A stretch of 64,000 bases of DNA from an uncultured Gemmatimonadales bacterium. Lineage in GTDB: Bacteria; Gemmatimonadota; Gemmatimonadetes; Gemmatimonadales; Gemmatimonadaceae. The stretch spans positions 1,696,001 to 1,760,000 of the forward strand of contig CAWKMU010000003.1 of assembly GCA_963850905.1 (NCBI GenBank), given 5' to 3'. Position numbers and translations under genes: made by a program. The notes under the pieces are model-generated. The model worked only from the letters and a program-made list of their open reading frames with translations. It was not told the DNA's origin and made no database searches. This document shows positions 58,852 through 64,000 of the stretch, one piece after another. The first letter of the stretch is position 1. Each line of letters begins with the position of its first letter.

Positions 58852-60582
58852 GTGATCGCGAACGACCAGCCGACTGGCGGTAGGGAGGATCGCGGGGGCA
58901 CTATACCCTCTGCGGACCGGTGCGCCGCGGCGTGGCACCTCCGAGGGGCGGGGTCGATTGTCATACTTGCGGCCATCGCTGCCGCAGGCGTCTTCGCCAA
59001 CGCCTATACCGGCGATGATCACTGGATCATCGAGCACAACGCGCGGCTACATGATCTCTCGCACGCTTGGCGGCTCTTGGGCCAGTCCTACTGGCCACCA
59101 GAGAATGGTGTCGGCGACTATCGCCCGGTCACGATGCTCGGCTTCGCGCTCGAGTGGGCGATTGGTCACGGCGCGCCGTGGGCGGTGCATGCGGGTGGCC
59201 TCGTGCTCTACGTGTGTGTCGCGCTCGCGTTCTGGCGGTTGGCCACGCGCGTCCTCGATCGACATGTCGCATGGGCGGCGGCCGCGCTCTTCGCTGTGCA
59301 TCCCGTCCACGCCGATGTAACGGCGAACGGGGTCGGGCAGGCGGAGCTGTGGACCGCGTTGTGGGTGATCGTAGGCGTGACCTGGTATCTCGACTGGCGT
59401 CGCGGGCCGGCGCCAACCACGTGGTCGGCGCGTCGACTCGGCGCGTTGGCCGGCGTCTACCTCTTGCCTGCGCATCGAAGGAGCACGGCGTGGTATTCCC
59501 GCTCCTGCTCGCGGCGGCCGAAGTCACCATCATTTCGCGAAACCAGGACCGCGCGTCCCCGGCCCTGACGTGGGTGCACTTGCTCCGACCGGCCGCCACT
59601 CTCGGGCTGACGGGCGCGGGTTATATCGTCATGCGGTGGATCGTGACCGGATCGTTGCGCGGGGATTCACCCACGTTCGTCCTGGCGCACGCGCCGTTCG
59701 CAATGCGGCTGTGCACGATGCTGGGAGCCCTGCCGACGATTCTCTCGCTCCTCGTCTGGCCAGCGCACCAGGCGGTCGAGTACATGCCACAGGCCCTCGC
59801 CGTACATCACAGCTTCGATATCGCACTCCTCTGGCCCGCAGCGCTCCTCGCATCACTGATCAGCGCTGCGGTCGCTGCCCGCCGAAGCGCGCCCGTCGTG
59901 ACGTTTGGTATCATGTGGACCGCGCTCACTCGACTGCCTGCAAGCAACATCCTCATGCCGACGGGGATCGTGCTCGCGCCTCGAGTGCTGTTCCTCCCGA
60001 GCGTGGGAGCCGTTCTCGCTGCGGGAGGCGTCATCGCATGGCTTGCCGGTCGGTTGACCCGCGTTCGCTGGGGCGTACCGCTGTGGCGAGCGGTTACGGC
60101 TACCGGTCTCCCGCTACTCCTGGTCCTGGGTGTCTGGGCGAGCGAATCGCGCGTTCGCGTGTGGCGGGATGACCTGACACTCGTGTCGCGAACAGCGGTC
60201 GACGCGCCGCGAAGCTACCTGGCACGTTACCAATGGGGGCGGGCCCTGTTTCAGCTGGGGCGTTCAGCCGAGGGCGAGCGGGAGATGCGCGCGGCGATCG
60301 CTTTGTTTCCCGGCGATCCACGCCCCTACATCGACCTGGCATTCTGCGTACAGTCGAGCAAGGATATGCGCTCCGGCGATGGTCCTGTATCGGCAAGCGC
60401 TCGCAGTTTTGGCTTCGCGGCCCGATGCACACGCCGGACTCGCAGAGTGTCTCGCCCGCACCGGTGACTCCGGCGGTGCAAGATCGCAGGCCCGAATCGC
60501 GCTAGCGTATGGTGTCGATCGTGCAGCGATGCGCGCGATCGTCGCGGCGGCCGATAGCTCGGATCGAGCGACAACGCGGTAG
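58852..60582 (+). CDS. TMTC-like GT-C + TPR protein 1, with two frameshifts (~59464, ~60342)
   Basis: NAYTGDD, YRP, HPVH, SKE, RVLFLPS and a TPR tail spread over three frames. Confidence 0.8.
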
Positions 60583-60630
60583 GCGCCCCGCGCCGTGCCG
60601 CGGCGGCGCGCTCACGCGTCCGGTACTGGG

Positions 60631-62467
60631 ATGAGCTCTGATATGGAGGGGCAGCACCGGCCCACCGCGACGCGCAAGGCCGGGCTGCTGACACGGCGCG
60701 TCGATGTCCGTGCCGGCGCCACAATCGCGCTGCTCGCGACGATGTCGGCGGCGACCAGCGTGGCCAATGGGTTTGCGTACGACGACCGGCTGCTGATCCT
60801 CAACAATCCACGAGTCCATCATCTGGCGCGCATCGCGCGGCTGTGGGCTCAGACGTACTGGCCGCCGTGGATGGGAGCCGGATTGTACCGTCCGTTGACG
60901 ATGTCGGCGTTCGTCATGGAGTGGTCGATCGGTCGCGGCGCGCCGTGGGTGTTTCACGCCACGAACCTGGCGCTGTACATCGCGGTATGTGCCCTGGTCT
61001 ACAGTTTGGCGAAGCTCGTGCTGCCACCCGCCGGAGCATGGGTCGCGGCCGCGCTCTTCGCCGTCCACCCGGTCCACGTCGAAGCCGTGGGGAATGTCGT
61101 CGGGCAGTCGGAGTTGTGGGCGGCGTGCGGCGTCCTCGCCGCTGTCGTCGCGTTCGTCCGGTGGCGTCGGTCCGCGATGGCCCGCTGGCCTTCGGCGACG
61201 CACGTGGGGCCGGCAGGTATTGCGGAGCCTGAATCACATGGGCGAAGGGTGGCAACGGACCTGAGCCACCAGCTCGGCGCCGAGAATCTGGGCGGAGTGC
61301 GCCACCAGATCGTCCTCGTCGCCCTCGTCCTCGGCGCGTGTCTCGCCAAAGAACATGCGGTGGTCACGCCGGCCTTGCTGGTGCTCGCAGAAGTCCTGCT
61401 GGTCGAGGACCCGCGCCCGTGGCGCGAACGGTGGCGTGCGCTCAGGCCGTTCGCGCTATTGCTCGGCTTCGCCGTGCTGGCGTATGTCGTCGCCCGTGCG
61501 CATGTCATCGGGAATTGGGCGGGCGATCGTCCGAACGTCGTGCTCGAACATTCTGTCTCCAGCGGCACGTCGCTGGACAATGCTCGGTCTCGTGAGCGAC
61601 TGGATACGGCTGTTGGTCTGGCCCGCGCGCCTGGTCGTCGAATACGCGCCCCGCGACGTCGCGATCCACGAGCACTTCGACCTCTCGTTACTGCCCAACG
61701 CCGTATTGCTCGCCGTCGTCCTCGCGCTCGCCGCCATCTCGGTGCGGCGACGCACGCTGGCCGGTTTCGCACTGCTCTGGATCGCGGTGACCCTGTTGCT
61801 CGTCAGCAATCTCATCGTGCCGACAGGGATTCTGCTCGCGGAACGTACGCTGTTCCTGCCGAGCGTAGGCGCGGCACTTCTGGCGGGCGACGTCTTCACC
61901 AGGCTCGCCGCCCGTTTTGGTACGGCACCGGTTTCGGGCTCGGCGCGTGCGTACCGGCGCCATCTCGCTCTCGCGGCCGCCATCGCCGTGCTGCTCGTGG
62001 TGGGTGCGTGGCGCAGCGCCCGGCGGCAGCTCGTGTGGCGAAGCAACGCCGCGCTCTTTGCCCAAGCTCCACTGGACGCGCCCCTGAGCTACCGGGCACA
62101 CGACGTCTACGCTGGTTTGCTGTTCGATCGCGGTGACAATATCGGCGGCGAGCGCGAGGCCAGAATCGCCCTGGCGTTGTATCCACACGATCCGGTCCTG
62201 TATCGAGACCTCGCGCAAGAGTACATGCACGCGGGCTTGTGCCAGCCGGCTATCCCGCTGCTCCGGCGATCCATCGAGGAACCCGCGTCAGTGGAGACGG
62301 ACGCGCACCTCCTGTTGGCGGAGTGTCTGTTGGCGGTGCACGATCCCGCGTCTGCGCGGCTCGAGGTGCTTCGAGGCGTGGCACAGGGGCGCTACGTGTA
62401 CTATGGCGCCGGTTACCACAAGCTGTTGATGGCCATCGACAGCGCGACCCGGAGCGCGCCACGGTGA
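60631..62467 (+). CDS. TMTC-like GT-C + TPR protein 2, with a frameshift at ~61552
   Basis: NGFAYDD, LYRPL, HPVHVEAV, AKE, AERTLFLPS, TPR tail. Confidence 0.82.
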
Positions 62468-64000
62468 GACGACTGCGACGATCCATGGCCATCGCGGCGC
62501 GCGCATGGCAGTCGCTGGGGCACGCGCGCGTTGGGATCCTCGTTGCAATCGTGGCGGGGCTGGGTTCGATCAACGCCATCGGCAACGACTTCACGCTCGA
62601 CGATGAAGGCGTGATCGTCAAGAACGCGCTCGTTCACCACCTCTCGGGCGTCTGGCGCAGCTTCGGTCTGCCCTACTGGCCCGAGTCGACGAACGCCGGC
62701 CAGTACCGGCCGCTCGCGCTAGCGAGTTTCGCCGTCGATTGGGTCATCTCCGGCGGTTCGGCGCACTGGATGCACCTCATGAACGTGGCGTGGCACGTCG
62801 TCGTCTGCGTCCTCGTCTGGCGTCTGCTGCGGGATTTTCTCTCGCCGGAAGGTGCGCTGGCGGGTGCCTTGTATTTCGCCCTGCAGCCCGTGCACGTCGA
62901 AGCGATCGCCAACACCGTCGGCCGGTGCGACATCATGGCCGCGGCATTCGTCGTGGCAGGCGTGCTGGCACATCGGCGCGGACACTGGGTCGCCATCCCG
63001 CTGTACGCTGCCGCGCTGGCGTCCAAGGAGATCGGCGTCGTCATGCTCGGCCTGGTCGTGGCGAATGATGTGCTGCTCGGCGGGGTCGGTCGTGCATCGG
63101 CCATCAAGACGCCCGTGGGCGATGCACCCGCGGGAGAGATCCCGTTGCAGGGGGCGGCGCTCTGGCGCGCGCGCCGGCCGCTGTACGCCGGGTACGGCGC
63201 GGTCGCGATCGTCTACGCCGCGGCTCTTGCGGCGGTCTTTCATCACCGGCCTCTCGTCGAAACGGCCCCCATATGGGAGCATGCCTCCATCATCGACCGC
63301 TGGCTGACTGAAGCGCGGGTCGTTCCCGAATACGTGCGCCTGATGGTCGCACCGTTCGAACTGAGGATCGAGTACTCGCCGCGCGCCATCGACCTGGCGC
63401 GTTCAGTGAGCCCTCTCGTGGCGCTCGGCTTGTTGCTGGTAGCCCTGGGCGCCTTGTGCGCGATCTATGCTTGGCGGCGGGCTCCGGCGGTCGCGATGGG
63501 GCTCGCCTGGTTCGTCATCGCAATATCACCCGTTTCGAACCTGTTCTTCGCCTCCGGAGTCGTCCTCGCGGAGCGTACGTTGTACCTGCCGAGCGTAGGC
63601 GCAGCGATCCTGGTCGGCTGGCTCGCGAATGCATTCGCGAGCAGATTGGCGGTCGCGGCGAGCCCGGTGCGGCGACGCCGTCTGTGGGGGTGGCGGCCCG
63701 GGCGTCTGGCGCGCGCCTGGGGGGTCGTCGGGACCCTCGGCGGCCTGGGGTTGCTGGCGTTCGCGGTTCGATCGTGGACGCGGACCACGGTGTGGCACGA
63801 TGACAAGCGCCTGCTCCTCACGTCGCTGGAGTTGGAGGCCGACTCGTATCGCACGCACGCGCGCGCGGCGATCATCCTGGACCATCGACACGATTGGGCA
63901 GGGGCGGAACGCGAGCTCGCCGTCGCTCGCACACTCTATCCCGAAGACGCGAATGTCTACGAGGCGGCGGCGATGGTGGCTGACGGGCAGAACCAATTCG
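62464..64000 (+). CDS. TMTC-like GT-C + TPR protein 3 (runs off the window; absent from the ORF track)
   Basis: GTGA-coupled start; my translation gives GNDFTLDDEGVIVKN, QYRPL, QPVHVEAI, SKE and AERTLYLPS. Confidence 0.82.
   Translation, partial: MRRLRRSMAIAARAWQSLGHARVGILVAIVAGLGSINAIGNDFTLDDEGVIVKNALVHHLSGVWRSFGLPYWPESTNAGQYRPLALASFAVDWVISGGSAHWMHLMNVAWHVVVCVLVWRLLRDFLSPEGALAGALYFALQPVHVEAIANTVGRCDIMAAAFVVAGVLAHRRGHWVAIPLYAAALASKEIGVVMLGLVVANDVLLGGVGRASAIKTPVGDAPAGEIPLQGAALWRARRPLYAGYGAVAIVYAAALAAVFHHRPLVETAPIWEHASIIDRWLTEARVVPEYVRLMVAPFELRIEYSPRAIDLARSVSPLVALGLLLVALGALCAIYAWRRAPAVAMGLAWFVIAISPVSNLFFASGVVLAERTLYLPSVGAAILVGWLANAFASRLAVAASPVRRRRLWGWRPGRLARAWGVVGTLGGLGLLAFAVRSWTRTTVWHDDKRLLLTSLELEADSYRTHARAAIILDHRHDWAGAERELAVARTLYPEDANVYEAAAMVADGQNQF

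Noticed and set aside
58852..62467. TMTC-like genes as decaying pseudogenes
   Set aside because: Only single-base indels with motifs largely intact, and the same indel signature occurs in mlaE and arfB; error is more likely, though unverified without reads

Overview
GC-rich bacterial chromosomal window, densely coding, with no rRNA, tRNA, CRISPR array or transposase detected. Gene content and order suggest Gemmatimonadota; this is an inference that needs a marker-gene search. Housekeeping blocks: a lipid A acyltransferase, tyrS, dsbA-VKOR, acs, a ccmABCD-cobA/hemD-hemC-hemB operon, ctaA/ctaB, lptF-lptG-mlaE-mlaD, pilB-pilT-pilC, tonB, hslR, arfB and pilS-pilR. Four things stand out. (1) A tightly coupled 7-gene minus-strand operon (14849-21546) encodes DUF92, a B12-binding radical SAM enzyme, an FAD oxidoreductase, a flavin reductase, a methyltransferase, an SRPBCC cyclase and a lone ketosynthase; it looks like a pathway for an unusual lipid or aromatic polyketide that I cannot name. 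(2) A protein-glycosylation-like locus is translationally coupled to pilS-pilR: a GT-C protein, a DPM1-like GT2 and three tandem TMTC-like GT-C/TPR genes. (3) Several families of intergenic palindromes have 7-nt periodic arms; some supply neighbouring stop codons, and two share a core but have different arms. (4) An 11-bp phased operator-like array lies upstream of tonB. Six single-base frameshifts, four of them ATC->ATTC, are most likely sequencing or assembly errors.
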